The position numbers and the translations under genes were made by a program. A stretch of DNA of 64,000 nt from Azolla caroliniana (Eukaryota > Plantae > Polypodiophyta): NCBI GenBank assembly GCA_043228905.1, contig JBHGNT010000006.1:8680001-8744000 (forward strand), given 5' to 3'. Positions 36,401 to 49,700 of this stretch are shown one piece after another (within the stretch, counting starts at the first letter, position 1; each line of letters begins with the position of its first letter). The notes beneath the pieces are model-generated. The model was not told the origin of the DNA. It searched no databases and worked only from the letters and a program-made list of their open reading frames with translations.

Positions 36401-37052
36401 ATCCTCGATTCCAAACTTATTCGCAACAAACTTTATTATTTGGTCGATTAGCTTGGTTATAGTCCGAGCAAACGCACTTGGGAACCCGTCGAGCATGTTG
36501 CCAATGCTCAAGATCTGCTTATTGATTTCCACCGAAAGTATCCGGACAAACCCGGTCCGCAATTAGTGCCGACTCGTTCCACTCGTCGTCTTTAAGGGGG
36601 AGACAGTGCCATGATATGGCAAGACTCGAACCCATGACCTTATGATATATGGGTCGAGCTCTTAACCATCACACCATCTATTGTAATTCATAGGATATTA
36701 TATTCATTTATGTTTTATTATAAGAAAGTAATGTATATTCTAGATTTCTCTGGAACATTCTAGAAGTTTCAGGATTACTCCTGACAACACTATAAAAGAA
36801 GGCACTAGGCATTATGTTGAACCAAATTGGTTCAACGCCAGTCTTAAGCCTCTTAGCCGCTTTGTACTTATCTTTTCACATAATATATTAGTTGTTGTCA
36901 TCATCTCTCTCTCTCTCTCTCATCCTCGCTATCTCTCTCTCTCCTCTTCTCACTTCCTCTCTCGGGAATCTTACGCAGTCCCGTCCCCTTAGTACTAATA
37001 GTACTACTCTTCTTAGTACTAATTCCATCTCTGCTTAGTACTATTCCTGACA
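33462..37052 (+). mobile_element. Element F: Tcn1/Tf1-like chromovirus lacking gag-PR (LTRs 33462-33905 and 36607-37052)
   Basis: TSD GGCTA; [10 protein letters not shown]..., RNase H EADASDFALG, integrase with LGPF (GPY/F), chromodomain EYEVVAILDS..YLVD*LGY...TWEP; PPT AAGGGGGAGACAG. Confidence 0.93.
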
Positions 37053-37057
37053 GGCTA

Positions 37058-40000
37058 TATCTGATGTGTCTACGAAGTCGTGAAAAGGTTCCGACCAGAC
37101 TGGTGGTTGTACAATAGGGGTGTGGGAGAGCATTAACTTCAATGCTTGGTAAGCCTCGTCTTCTATTGAAGACCACTGAAATGGGAGTTGATGCACAGCC
37201 GCGTGCAATGGAGTCGCGAAATTGGTCAGGTGTCGTAACATCCGATTATGCCATCTGATCTGGCCCAGGAAGCGGTAGAGAGCCTTCGCGGTAGAGGGTG
37301 CGGGAGTGTTCAGAATGGCATGCACTTTATCTGGGTCCATGGCGATACCTTCTTGGCTTACTATGTGGCCGAGCAGGTTGCCGCTTGTCACCAAGAACGC
37401 GCTTTTTGCCGGATTTAAGCTCAACCAAGCTTGTCGACATCGATCGAGACAGAGGCGTAGCTGGGTCATATGCTCCAACCGCTAGCCATACACGGCAAAG
37501 TCGTCGAGGAAAACTTGCATGAACGTCGGGATATACTCGTTGAAAATCTCTGTGATGATGCGTTGGAATGTGGCTGGTGTCGTTTTTAATCCGAACATCA
37601 TTACCTCGGCCACGAAGACACCCCATTCCATGACAAACGTTGTTTTCTCCTTATCATCCGGGTGCATTCTAATTTGATTATAGCCACTAAACCCATTGAG
37701 GAAACTGTAGCATTCATGACCAGCCACCGTGTATAGGACATTATCCGTGAATGAGAGAGGAAACCCATCTGTGACTGTCGCGACATTGAGTTTGCGGTAA
37801 TCAACGCAAACGCGGATTTTCCCGTTTTTCTTGGGGACGACGATGATTGGGCTTAACCATGTGGCTCTCTTTACTGGGCGTAAAAAAACTACTCGAAGGA
37901 GTTTGTCGATTTCCTCTTTGACCTTAGTCGCGTAGTTGGGGTTCATACGGTACCGTCGTTGTTGGACCGGCCGAGTGTCGGGCAAGAGGTGTAGTTGGTG
38001 TTGGTAATATTGGTGTTGATGCTTTGACTCGCTGGGAGATGGCGAGTTCTCATTCAAACACATCCCAAGCTTGTCGTAATTCTGCGATAGTTGTGGAATC
38101 GGCCTCGTCTTGGGGAAGCGAATCTACCGTGACATCCTCGTCCAGTAGCGTGTCGAAAGCCCAGATGGCGTTTATTTCGAAGAGGGGTATGATAGTGGGA
38201 TGATCTTCCGGGAAGTCATCCACCTCTTCGTCGGATAACCCGTCAGGCATGTGTACCCCTTCCGCATATAAGGGTGTGGTGTTGTGGGGCGTGGTTAGGC
38301 GTTCTTCTGTTATTACCCATACCTTGGTCTTCCCCTAGCGGAAAGAGATCATATTTTGCTACCAATGTTGCTTAATATTTGATGTGCGCAACCAGAGTCG
38401 GCCAAGCAGCATTGGGTAGGCGTCCGGAGCTTCGAGGCCTAACACGACTGCCGAGATAATGAACATGTGGCTCCTAACGTAAAGTCGAGGTGGCAGATTA
38501 ACTCTTCTGTTATTACCCATACCTTGGTCTTCCCCTAGCGGAAAGAGATCATATTTTGCTACCAATGTTGCTTAATATTTGATGTGCGCAACTAGAGTCG
38601 GCCAAGCAGCATTGGGTAGGCGTCCGGAGCTTCGAGGCCTAACACGACTGCCGAGATAATGAACATGTGGCTCCTAACGTGAAGTCGAGGTGGCGGATTA
38701 ACTCTATGGGGCGAACTGATCGCGTATCGGCCATCCGCAGCCAAAAGGGGCAAGGTTCCCATTGGTTTAGACCGAGTGTGTGACATGTGGCCTCACTGAT
38801 GACGTTCATGCCGGAGCCACCGTCGATTATGCATCCATGAAGGTCGCGTCCTTTAAGCATAATTTTCACAGCTGGATTCTGGGAATCCATGATGGGTGGG
38901 CCCGTCCCTGGCTCTGCCAGGTTAACAGGGGTTGCGGCCGATTTGTCGTTTGTCATGAGCGTAGCCAAGGTATCCCGAAAGCGCGGCATGAGCGGTAAAA
39001 GCTTATGCAATGGCAGCGAGATCCTAGAACTGGTAAGAGCTTCCCACAGATGGTCATCTTCTACCGCGGTGGATGGTCCTGCGTGTTGTGGTGCACCGAT
39101 GGCCACGTCCTGCATCCCTGTGTGCATCCGCTCCACGTTGCTTTTATTGGCGGTGTCAATCCATTCCTTGGTTGCTTGTCGGATGTCATCTTGTACTTGC
39201 CATTGGATGGCTTGGGTTTTCTGCGTGTAGTGACGTGTTGAACGGTGGCCATAATAATATTCACGGTCGGGGCCTTGTCGCGGTCCGTGGTTGGGCATTG
39301 GGTAGCGTAGTGGCCGAGTTGGTTACACTTAAAGCAGGTAACGGATGCTGAGTTGCTGGTGTCACCATGCTCTGTGTGAGGGAAAGGTTGTGAGTGGTTC
39401 CCGGTCGCTTGTGCAGGCGTGTTATGGGGAAGACGGTTGTGCGGTACATTTGGAGGGGGGTCCCGACAACGGTTGTCGTTAAATGCCGTCGATTGTTCCA
39501 TGAACCTCTGTACCAGTTTCTTCTATCGTTACGTGAATACCGTTGATCGTACCAGTCATCGTCGTACCGGTCATAATCATCGTTTGCTCTATAGTGGTCA
39601 TCGCGGTATTGGTCACGGCGGTCGTCCGATCTCCTGCGGTTGTCGTGGCGGTAGCGGTCATCGTCGCGGCGCTGACGATCCGGGGATCGTGATCGCTTGT
39701 TCTCCCGATGTCAATATGACCGACGTTCATCCTGCTGTGAGTATGTAATTCGAGGCTCGATCTAGCGAACCAGAGCCATTGTTGTGCGGTTGAGCATGTT
39801 GTATTCGCATTGTTCAATCGTGTGGGATCGGGACTAACAGATTGGACAATGCGGCCGGTGAGGGCACTCGAGAGCCAGATGGCCTGAGCCTGAGCAGGTT
39901 GTGCATTGGAGGGCCTATCGGAAACGGTTGCCCTCCTCAGGAAGGGTGCTTTGCAAAGAGCCCATGGAGAAAACCGTGTTATGGTGTGTCTGATCAATGG

Positions 40001-40620
40001 CAAGAACGTGTGCGATGACTTGCTCAATTGTCTAGTTAGAGAAATTGGTAAGTGCGAGAGTCGTCCGTAAAGGCTCCCGTAGGCTGGAAAGGAAGGTATT
40101 TGGAATGTGATGAGCGGAGACATCGTCGGCCAATTGTCGGTAGAGACCCTGAAACCGGATCCTGAACTAGGTAACCGTCTCGTGAGGTTCTTGGCTCATG
40201 GAAAAGAACTGCCGGAGCAGTTTGCGCTTCGGAACTTCGCGGTGAAATAATTCCAGAAACTTTGTTCGGACATCCTAGAACGTTGTGACCTCCCCCACGT
40301 CGAGGCAGGAATACCATCGAGCAGCCCGCCCATTGAGGGATAAAGCAAATTCCACGATTTTGGAGGACTCGATTTCGGCAACCAATAACCGTTGCGTCGA
40401 GTGGTTGGCCTGCAATGTGGACACAAAAGCATGGGTGTGCAATTCCGCGTCGGGCCCGTCTGTATATCGTGGGTAAGGGTAAGGCATGGTATCGAGATCC
40501 GAGTCTTTAAGTAAAGCCGGAAAAGGGTTTGGGTCAGGTTGGGTGACCTCTAGAGGGCTTGGCGGGGAGGTCGGTGCGGAATCAACTCGCGACTGGGTAT
40601 CGGGTGGCGAGGATTGCAAC
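37058..40620 (-). pseudogene. Element D gag-protease-RT
   Basis: ORF fragments 40275-40619, 38639-39298 (IIDGGSG), 37482-38063 (VCVDYRKLN, FSGYNQI, VFLDDF) and 37041-37478; ~180-bp tandem duplication at 38305-38680. Confidence 0.88.
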
Positions 40621-41318
40621 CGGGTGAGCCTCCAACAGTTCCTGGAAATATTGGTCAGTGACCGCCGAGTTGGAAGTTCCTTCGACTAGCTCAGGGCGTC
40701 GGGCAGGTGGCCGAGACCGCGTGATGCAATTGGGCGTCATAATGGCAGCTGAGGTTTGCCTCCTACACAGTTCCATGTGACCTTACAGTTGTAACCGGGC
40801 GTGCCAAATTGTGTTAACCGTTTCTGGGGGAAACACCTTCAATGAGCTCACCAGCTATCGGTATTCAAGGGGTCGTGTTATGTGGAAGCCTCTTCTACAC
40901 CAAGAAGACGTTATGGGAACGAGGAGCGTACACGGGCTACAACCCATTAGACATAGACGTAGCTCGGTTTACGAGTACGGGGAGAATACACTGATGAAAG
41001 AACAGTAAGAGCGAGACTTATATTAAATGAGAAAGCTCACAATGATTATAGTACATGGCTCTCAGCCGGAAACAGTTTGTGCAGCGCTCAGCGCTACGAT
41101 ATTAACTTTTCTAAATAATCTAAGTATCTCTCCCCCCTTCGAGGTATGCAAATCTCGGTTTATATAGTTCTCTTCCTTAGACAGAGATGAGCCATCGGCT
41201 AATTGTCAGGGGTAAAAACTCGACTTATTCTAGTTCTACCTACTTCTTCACCTACTTTTCTACCTACCGGCGACTTTACATATGATGTATTTATATTTCT
41301 GGCCTATGGACAACAAGT

Positions 41319-44300
41319 TGTCGTGAAGATCTGTCACTACGTGCGGATCATGAGGTGGAACCGCCAGGGTTTTGGACCGGAAGGACTCGAAGTTAGCACT
41401 AGCTTTAGCGAGAAAGGAACTAAGATAGATTGAAAGAGAGAGAAATTGAGATAAGATAGAATGCTTGACTTTAGATTGAGAGAGATTAAGATTGAACTCT
41501 TGACTTTAGATTTGAAGAATAAGATTGATACATCAATTGGATAACGAGTTTCTTACTTTTTATTTCTTGATTAATACATCGCTCCCTTTGACCTTTTTTC
41601 ATCCACCCTTTTATAGATGCTCCCATGCATATGATGCATGTGAGGGTACAAGACATGCATGGAATGCATGTGATGCATGTTTGTCATTTGGCGCGAGAGA
41701 GAGATTTAGATAAGATAGAATGCTTGACTTTAGATTGAGAAAATAAAGATTGAACTCTTGACTTTAGATTTGAAGAACAAGATTGATACATCAATTGGAT
41801 AATGAGTTTCTTACTTTTTATTTCTTGATTAATACATTGCTCCCTTTGATCTTTTTCATCCACCCTTTTATAGATGCTCCCATGCACATGATGCATGTGA
41901 GGGTACAAGACATGCATACAATGCATGGAATGCATGTGATGCATGTTTGTCATTTGGCGCTCATGCATCACATGTCATTCAATCAAGCTCTAATATGAGA
42001 ATTTACATGTAAAGCTATAATGATAAAAATATAATCCCTAAAGAAATGATTTGGCTTAATGGTAAGTTTATTGCTTCCTATCTTGGAGGTGCAAAGTTTG
42101 AGTCTTGCTTACATCTTTTTCTTTTATGCACAAAATATTATTAGGCTCTTGGACCAAATATCTTTAAGACACCATGCACCGCGATCAACCGATCCGTCCG
42201 ATTTGCATCCGTTTGGTCCGGCCCAGTCCGCATCCCGAGTCGCTTGCCGGTCACCAGCCGGTCGCCGCCGGCTCACCGGCTCCGTCGCCGGGTCCGGTTG
42301 GCCAAGAACTTTTACAAGTCACCTTGAACTCTCTATGCTCCACACATAGACACAAAGATAATAGCTTTTGCTCTGCGTTATATATGGTGAGATCCTTATT
42401 TGTCCTGTCTATGTGGGATATCTCATAGTTTTATCTTTCTCTTTTCCTTTGCAAACTTCATACCCACATAACTTGAGACTTAGATGTCCATTTCTTATGT
42501 AGTAAAGTGCATTCGAAAGCTCTTGAAGACCTCCATCAATTTTTACTAACATATTAAACTTATTTAAAATAGTATTTTTACTATTATTGTTTATATGATT
42601 CATACTCGATTTCGTATGTTTTATGCGATTTTTACACCATTGTCGAAAATCTTCATGACATCCACCCCCACCAAACCGCATGTCCTCTGGTACGTGCCAC
42701 GAAGAGAGAATATGAGATTTAGGCAATGGTGATCAGTGTGACTCCTCAACGTCGAGCATGTTTGTTTCTTTGTACTCAAATCATTGTTGCCACCCAATCC
42801 ACCATATCATTCGTTTTTTCTTTGCTTTACCATGACTTGTTGGCATGGCCCCTTGCTCTCTTCTTGAGGATAGTCGTTTAAGTCTCATGAATGTTCCACC
42901 TTAGTCTCAATCGTCTACATGCTCAAGGCACTTTGACTCGTTCACAGTAGTGTCTTTGATAGATGTTTTGATCACATCCTTCGGATCCTCATGGCTTGCT
43001 TGTCCATCGCCATCCCTTGTCATATTTTGCTCAAATTCTTTGTTGCACATATCAGCTTTAACCCTTGCTTCTTTCCCATCACTATCCTTCTCTTGGGTCT
43101 TACATCGGTTAATACCCAAGTCTCTAGAATGAGTGTGGAGGGACCCATACATTTCCATCGTTCGCCTTTTTCGTGCTGCAGTTAGCCATTTCCATCTTAA
43201 AGTTGCTCGAATCAGCATTGACCTTTGCTTCCTCACCACTAGCTTCCGTCTCTTGGGTCTTACATTGGTTAATGCCCAAGTCTCTAGAACTAGTGCGGGG
43301 AAAAGCTCTTCATGGCCATTCACCATCTTCGCCTTGACGTCATTTTCTAGAGCTATTCCTTCAAACTCATGGGCCTTGTACCCATCGATCCTTTTTATTG
43401 AGCAATCCTTTATTATGCTTCTCTCTTCGTCGCATGTATTAGTTTCGACCTTCGGTTCTTCGCCATCACCTCCCGTCTCTTGGGTCTTACATCGGCTCTC
43501 AGACACAATTGCCCAAATCTTTGGAACAAGTGTGGAGAAAATTTGGACGTCATCATTGGTTGTATTATCTTGGTCCTTCTCTTCCTTTTTGCCACCATCC
43601 GTCTCTTGGGTCTCACGTCGGTCCTCGGACGCAATTGCCCAAGTCTCTGGAACTTGTGTGAAGGAATCCTCGACGCGGCCATCTACCATTAATTCTTCCA
43701 TAGCCACCTCTGACTCGATGTCATTTTTCGTGGCTATCTCTTCAATCTCGTGGGCCTCGTACCCATTGACCGTCTTGATCGAACAAGCTTCGATTATCCT
43801 TCTCTCTTTAGCTTCGACCTTTGGTTCTTCGTTGTCACCTTCCGTCTCTTGGATCTTATATCGGTTCTCGGACGCAATTGCCCAAGTCTCTAGAGCATGT
43901 GTGGAGAAAATCCGGCCATGGTTGTTGTCGACGCTTGTTATCTTGTTCATAGTCACCTCCTCGACGTTGTCTTTAGCGACTAGATCCTCAATTACACTAG
44001 CCTCGCACTCTTTATCTCCATTGATGCAAGCTTTTATTTGGCTTGTTCCATCATCCGTTGTTTTGAACACGACGCATGTTCCGAAACATTCGACCTCCTT
44101 TGAAATGGTCGTCATCGTCCTTGTGTGATCATCAATCTTCTTTTCATGTTGGATGTGTTGTTTAGGCGTCTCGACTTCTTTAGATGGTTTTGATTTTTCT
44201 ACACTTGGTCTTACCAAGTCAATATCATTGAGCCATCGATGATGCATGTCGATCTTGTAGCATGCTTGCTTCACCGCAACCCAGTCCGCCACAAGCTCGT

Positions 44301-46112
44301 TCCCTTGGGTATCATCTTCGAGGAGAGTACCTAGTTCTCGTCTATCCTTTATATCCACAGCTTTTAGGAAGTACAAAGTTTTGTCCTCCTCCAAGTAGCA
44401 CTTGGTCTATGGCGGGGAGACGACGAAACATTTGGTCGAACTCGTCATACACCCTCGAGGTGCTCATCTTCTTATTTTTCTTCTCTATCCACCTCATCAA
44501 GGTATGTCGAGTCATCCTCGACAAATCTTCCGTCGCGAAATCCGCTAATATTGATCTTTCAAACTTTGACCACATTGTCTTGCCTTCTTGAAGCTCGATG
44601 ACGCGCCTTTGGGTGTTGTTGGCGATCACACTCTTGAAACTTGTGTTATGATGTGCTTCAGACACATCCCTCTGATTCATCTCCCTTTTGTATGCATCAA
44701 GGAATTTCGTAATATTCCTTCCGTCAAATTAACCCTCGAGCTCAACGACACGGTCGATAGCCTTCTCCCAACTCGCATCGTTGTCTCGAGATCTCATCAT
44801 TTGTTCGACGATCAGCATCATCGTTTCGAACTCTCCCGCTTGGTTGCTTGAGGATGCCATCTCCAAGTATCGGTTGATCCTCAATTTGATCCTTCCTACA
44901 ACCTCTTTCACGTCGGGTTCACCACTTAACTATGTCGTGAAGATCCGTCACTACGTTCAGATCGTGAGGCGGAACCGTCGGGGTTTTGAACCAGAAGGAC
45001 TCAAAGTTAGCACTAGCTTTAGCGAGAAAGGAACTAAGATAGATTGAAAGAGAGAGAGATTGAGATAAGATAGAATGCTTGACTTTAGATTGAGAGAGAT
45101 TAAGATTGAACTCTTGAATTTAGATTTGAAGAACAAGATTGATACATCAATTGGATAACGAGTTTCTTACTTTTTATTTCTTGATTAATACATCGCTGCC
45201 TTTGATCTTTTTCATCCACCCTTTTATAGATGCTCCCATGCATATGATGCATGTGAGGGTACAAGACATGCATACAATGCATGGAATGCATGTGATGCGT
45301 GTTTGCCATTTGGCGCTCATGAATCACATGTCACTCAATCAAGCTCTAATATGAGAATTTACATGTAAAGCTATAATGATAAAAATATAATCCCTAAAGA
45401 AATGATTTGGCTTAATGGTAAGTTTATTGCTTCCTATCTTGGAGGTGCAAAGTTCGAGTCTTGCTTACATCTTTTTCTTTTATGCACAAAATATTATTAG
45501 GCTTTTGGACCAAATATCTTTAAGATACCATGCACCGCAATCAACCGACCCGACCAATCCGTCTGATTTCATCTGTTTGGTCCGGCCCAATCCGCATCCC
45601 GAGTCGCTTACCAATCGCCGACCGATCGCTATTTGCCGATCGCCGACCGCCAGTCACCTCGTTGCTCGGCGGTCGCTGCCGGCTCACCGGCTCTGTCGTT
45701 GGTTTCGATTGGCCAAAAACTTTTACAAGTAGTTAGGCCACACCCACATATCCAATTAACTTAATTCAAGTCACCTTGAACTCTCTATGCTCCACACATA
45801 GACACAAAGATAATAGCTTTTGCTCTGCGTTATATATGGTGAGATCCTTATTTGTCCTGTCTATGTGGGATATCTCATAGTTTTATCTTTTTCTTTTCCT
45901 TAGCAAACTTCCTACCCACATAACTTGAGACTTAGATGTCTGTTTCTTATGTAGTAAAGTGCATTCGAAAGCTCTTGAAGACCTCCATCTTTTTGTACTA
46001 AGCTATTAAACTTATTTAAAATAGTATTTTCACTATTATTGTTTATATGATTCATACTCGATTTCGTATGTTTTATGCGATTTTCACACCATTGCCGAAA
46101 ATCTTCACGACA
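41319..46112 (-). mobile_element. Element E: gag-only LTR element (3' LTR 41319-42660, 5' LTR 44933-46112) inserted in C gag
   Basis: Near-identical LTRs (3' copy has a ~250-bp duplication); PBS tRNA-Trp at 44908-44924; PPT at 42661-42672; 4-bp TSD CCGT at 28859-28862 and 46113-46116 once D is removed. Confidence 0.88.
42907..44911 (-). pseudogene. Element E gag plus acidic repeat region; no pol
   Basis: ORFs 44729-44911, 44342-44680 and 42907-44394 are homologous to element C gag and its ETWA..ETQET repeats. Confidence 0.75.
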
Positions 46113-47709
46113 CCGTGGTGGGGAGATGACTAAACATCTAGTCGAACTCCTCATACACCCTCGAGGCGCCCATCTTCTTATTCTTCTTCTCTGTCCACTT
46201 CATCAAGACATGTCGAGTCATCCTTGACAAATCTTCCGTCACGAACTCCGCTAATATTGCTTTCTCGAACTCGGTTCATGTTGTCTTCCCTTCTTGAAGC
46301 TCGATGACCCATCTTTGGATGTTGTTGGCGACAACTCTCTTGAAACTTGAGATTTGACGTGCTTCAGACATGTCGCTCTAATTCATCTCCCTTTTGTATG
46401 CATCAAGGAACTTCGTAATGTTCCTTCCATCAAATTGACCCTCGATCTCCACAACATGGTCGACGGCCTTCTCCACGCTCGCATCGTTGTCCCAAGACCT
46501 CATCATTTATTTGACGATTTCCATCATCCTTTGGAATTGTCCCGCCTGATTTCTTGAGGATGCCATCTCCAAATATCGGCCAATCCTCGTCGTGATCCTT
46601 CTTATCGCTTCTTCACGTCGGGTTCACCAAGAGATGTTGCGAAAATGCTCGCGTGCATGTGCTACTTGATCGAAACCGCCGGGATCTTGAACTAGGGAGA
46701 ACGTTTGTGCCTAGGAGGACGTTCGCCAAGTTATCGAAAACAGGACAATGCCAAGTTTAGAGTCGAGGAAACATTGTTACACTTGAGAAGATCGGAAGAT
46801 TGACGATTATAAGAAGAACAATAATAATTATAATTATAAGAAGAGTTTTATATTGATGGTGATATCATATATTGAGCCCCTGTTGAAACAAGAGACAAGA
46901 TATATCACCAATAAGATAACTAGATTTTATTATTGTTTTCTTGATTCAGTAGTATATCTTTCTTGATCAATTCATTCCTTGATTCTTTTCTTTTTCCTCC
47001 ACTCTTTTATAGATGCCCCCATGCATATGATGCATGTGAGGGTGCAAGATATGCATACAATGCATGTGATGCATGTTTGCCATTTGTCGCTCATGCGTTA
47101 CATGTGATGCATGATAACCATGTCACTCATGCAAGCTCTCATGTATGAGAATTTACATATGAAAAAGTATAACAATGAAAATACAACTTTTAAAGAAATG
47201 ACTTGGGTTTGTGATAAGTCAATTATGCTATCTAAGATTGTCCCCCCTTGTGGGAGGAGTTAGTCGAAAGCTGAAATGAGAGTCGGTTGGCCGGAATCGG
47301 CCGAAAAGCTTAAACGAGAGTCGGCTTGCCGAAATCATTCAGAAAGCTGAAACAAGAGTCGATCGGCCAAAATCAACCGAAAAAGCCGAAATGGGAGTCG
47401 GCAGCCGAAATCGGTCAGAAAGCCGAAACAAGAGTCGGTTGGCCGAAATCAACAAAAAAGCCAAAATAGGATTTAAACGAACAATAGTCAACATAACAGA
47501 AGTTCAAATGAATACACCCATATACATAATCATTGTCATATATATATGTGAGATAAGTGAGTCTTTATATAGAGAGAGTCGTATTAGCTGCATAAATATG
47601 CGGGATAACTCACTGAGAAGAAAACAGTGAGAGAAGCACGAAAGTGAACCCTTCTTCGTTTTCTCATTTCCGCATGATTTTCACACCGTAGCCAAAAATC
47701 TTCACGCCA

Positions 47710-48820
47710 ACGCGCTCTCGAATGAAGTGGTAGTGCACTTCGATATGTTTAGTAAGTGCGTGGAACATGGGGTTCTGAGCCAGGTAGATATTGTTGATGT
47801 TGTCGCAATATAGGATAATTGGATCCTTGATGGGAACGCCCAGATCCTTCAATATTCGCTTCAACCAGACGGCCTCGCATGTGGCGACTGTCGCGCCCCT
47901 ATATTCGGCCTATGTGCTCGACAGTGCAACTGTCAGCTGCTTTTTGTTGCTCTAGGAGATCACTCTGCTACCGACGAAGAAGACGAATTCTAACGTTGAT
48001 CGTCTATCGGCCTTATAGTCGGCCCAGTTTGCGTCTATGTACCCTTCGAGCTGAATGATCATATCGAACATGTATATGATGTTGAAATCCATCGTCCCAC
48101 ATATATACTAAAGTACCCTCTTAGCGCAATCAAGACTAACATTTCAAGGATTCTGCATAAATTGGCTAAGTAGACCGACCGAATAGCTTAGGTCAGGTCG
48201 TGTGATAGTTAGATAGATTAGGTTGGCGATCTAATGGTGATATTGAGTCGGTTCACAATCTTATGTTCCTGAATTGGCATCAAGCTTGAGATTTCGATCG
48301 AGAGGCGTAGACACATGTTTGCACTTAGTCATCACGAACTTATAGTATAGCTTAAGAATGTAGTGTCGTTGAGAGAACAATATTCCAACTAGTGTTCGAA
48401 TTACTTCGATACTGAGGAAGTAATGGAGCTCGTGCATATCCTTCATACCGAATTGGCCTCATAGGAGTGATTTGACCTTATTGATGTCGGCTAGATTCTT
48501 TCCTCTGATGTACAAGATGATGACAATCGGGTTGTCAGACTTGGTTTTGATGTACATGAAGTTGTCTGATTTTGACATTAGAAAACCGATTTGATGAAGG
48601 TACTGACTGGGTGATCTTCGAATGCCAAGCACGCGGTGCTTTCTTGAGTCCGTCTAGAGGCTTCCTAAGTCGGCAGACTGCTTTCGGGTGTTTGCTCAAT
48701 TCAAAACTGGGTGGTTGAATCATGAAGACCTCTTCTAATTCACCTCGTAGGAAGGCATTCTTCACATCCATTTCGTGGAGGTACGACCCTATTGCAGTTG
48801 TGAGCGCAATGACTGTCCGT
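47710..48820 (-). pseudogene. Old Copia RT/RNase H relic
   Basis: [49 protein letters not shown]; many stops. Confidence 0.85.
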
Positions 48821-49700
48821 TGTCGTGAAGGATTCCGGCCATAAAGAGAAACGGAGCCAAGTGCTCGTGAACGGGTGTGTGCACCAATGCACACAAATCA
48901 AGTATTATGTACAAACATAATGTAAATAGCGTAGGACTAGTTAGTACTAGGTAGTTGGTTTTAATGAGGTACTTTAAAGTCCCACACGCATAGAAAGAAA
49001 TCAAGGGGAGGGGAATCTCTGACACCGATCACGATGTAACAGTCTCCCCTTATGCTGTAAAAGAGGAGGCTTGAGATGCTTTAGGGATCCGCGTTTTGGG
49101 AGTACGAAGTGTTGTAGGTTTGAGGGTCGAGATCTCTTTCTCTCTCTTGCTCTCTGTCTTGTGTATGAATCTGGAAGGAAGCCTCCGCTCGCGTAGGAAG
49201 CCCATGAGCTCCTGACCAGAGGCTCCCTGATCTGTCTGTGTGAGAGTGTGGGTGGGGGTGTGTTTCAAAGAGCGTACGGCTTTGCAACCGGCCAAGCCCG
49301 GTTGTATTCTGCTTACCTCTGTGTGTTCGCAAAAAGGTATGGTGAAGGTGACTTCCTAACATGCTAATAGTCGGACAAGACACAAAGAAGATCGTGAGCT
49401 CGAAGAAAGCATTAGGCAAATCATTTGCCATGAAAGGTTTTGGACCAACCAAATAGATCTCGGGGATGCATACAATTAGAGACAGAACTAAGAAGGTGTT
49501 ATGGTTGTCACAAGAGAAGTATGTGGCAAAAGTCCTAGTTCAAAGATTTAACATGTCAGAAGCAAAGCCAGTCGGTTCTGCATTGCTGACAAGTTGCAAG
49601 CTGAATGCCAAGCAATGCCCAAAAAGGGAGAAGGACAAGGCCGAGATGACGAAAGTACCATATGCCTCGGTTGTTGGCAGTTTAATGTACACATAACGTT
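48821..49700 (+). mobile_element. Deleted Copia (B-related): probable LTR ~48821-49361 fused to an RT fragment
   Basis: Ends in ACTTCCTAACA like the Copia B LTR, followed directly by MLIVGQD..., LWLSQEKYV and KVPYASVVGSLMY. Confidence 0.55.

Larger units (their letters stand above)
28865..41315 (-). mobile_element. Element D: non-chromovirus (Athila/Tat-related) Gypsy (3' LTR 28865-29368, 5' LTR 40812-41315)
   Basis: Direct ~504-bp LTRs; TSD CGTTG/AGTTG; PBS TGGCACGCCCGGT (tRNA-Arg) at 40794-40806; gag, CFKCNQLGHYATQC, IIDGGSG, RT VFLDDF, RNase H, integrase and an extra 3' ORF. Confidence 0.9.
25687..47709 (-). mobile_element. Element C: gag-only LTR element (3' LTR 25687-26689, 5' LTR 46635-47709) hosting E, D and F; probably chimeric
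   Basis: Related ~1-kb LTRs; PPT GGTGGGGGTGGA next to 26690; PBS TGGTGAACCCGACGTGA (tRNA-Trp) at 46613-46629; gag at 46113-46565 continues at 28862-26800; no matching TSD. Confidence 0.75.

Noticed and set aside
43133-44128. 331-aa + strand ORF and similar antisense ORFs (e.g. 8887-9453, 27203-27814, 10555-11130)
   Set aside because: Ser/Leu-rich shadows of the opposite-strand coding frame or of LTR repeats; no motifs.
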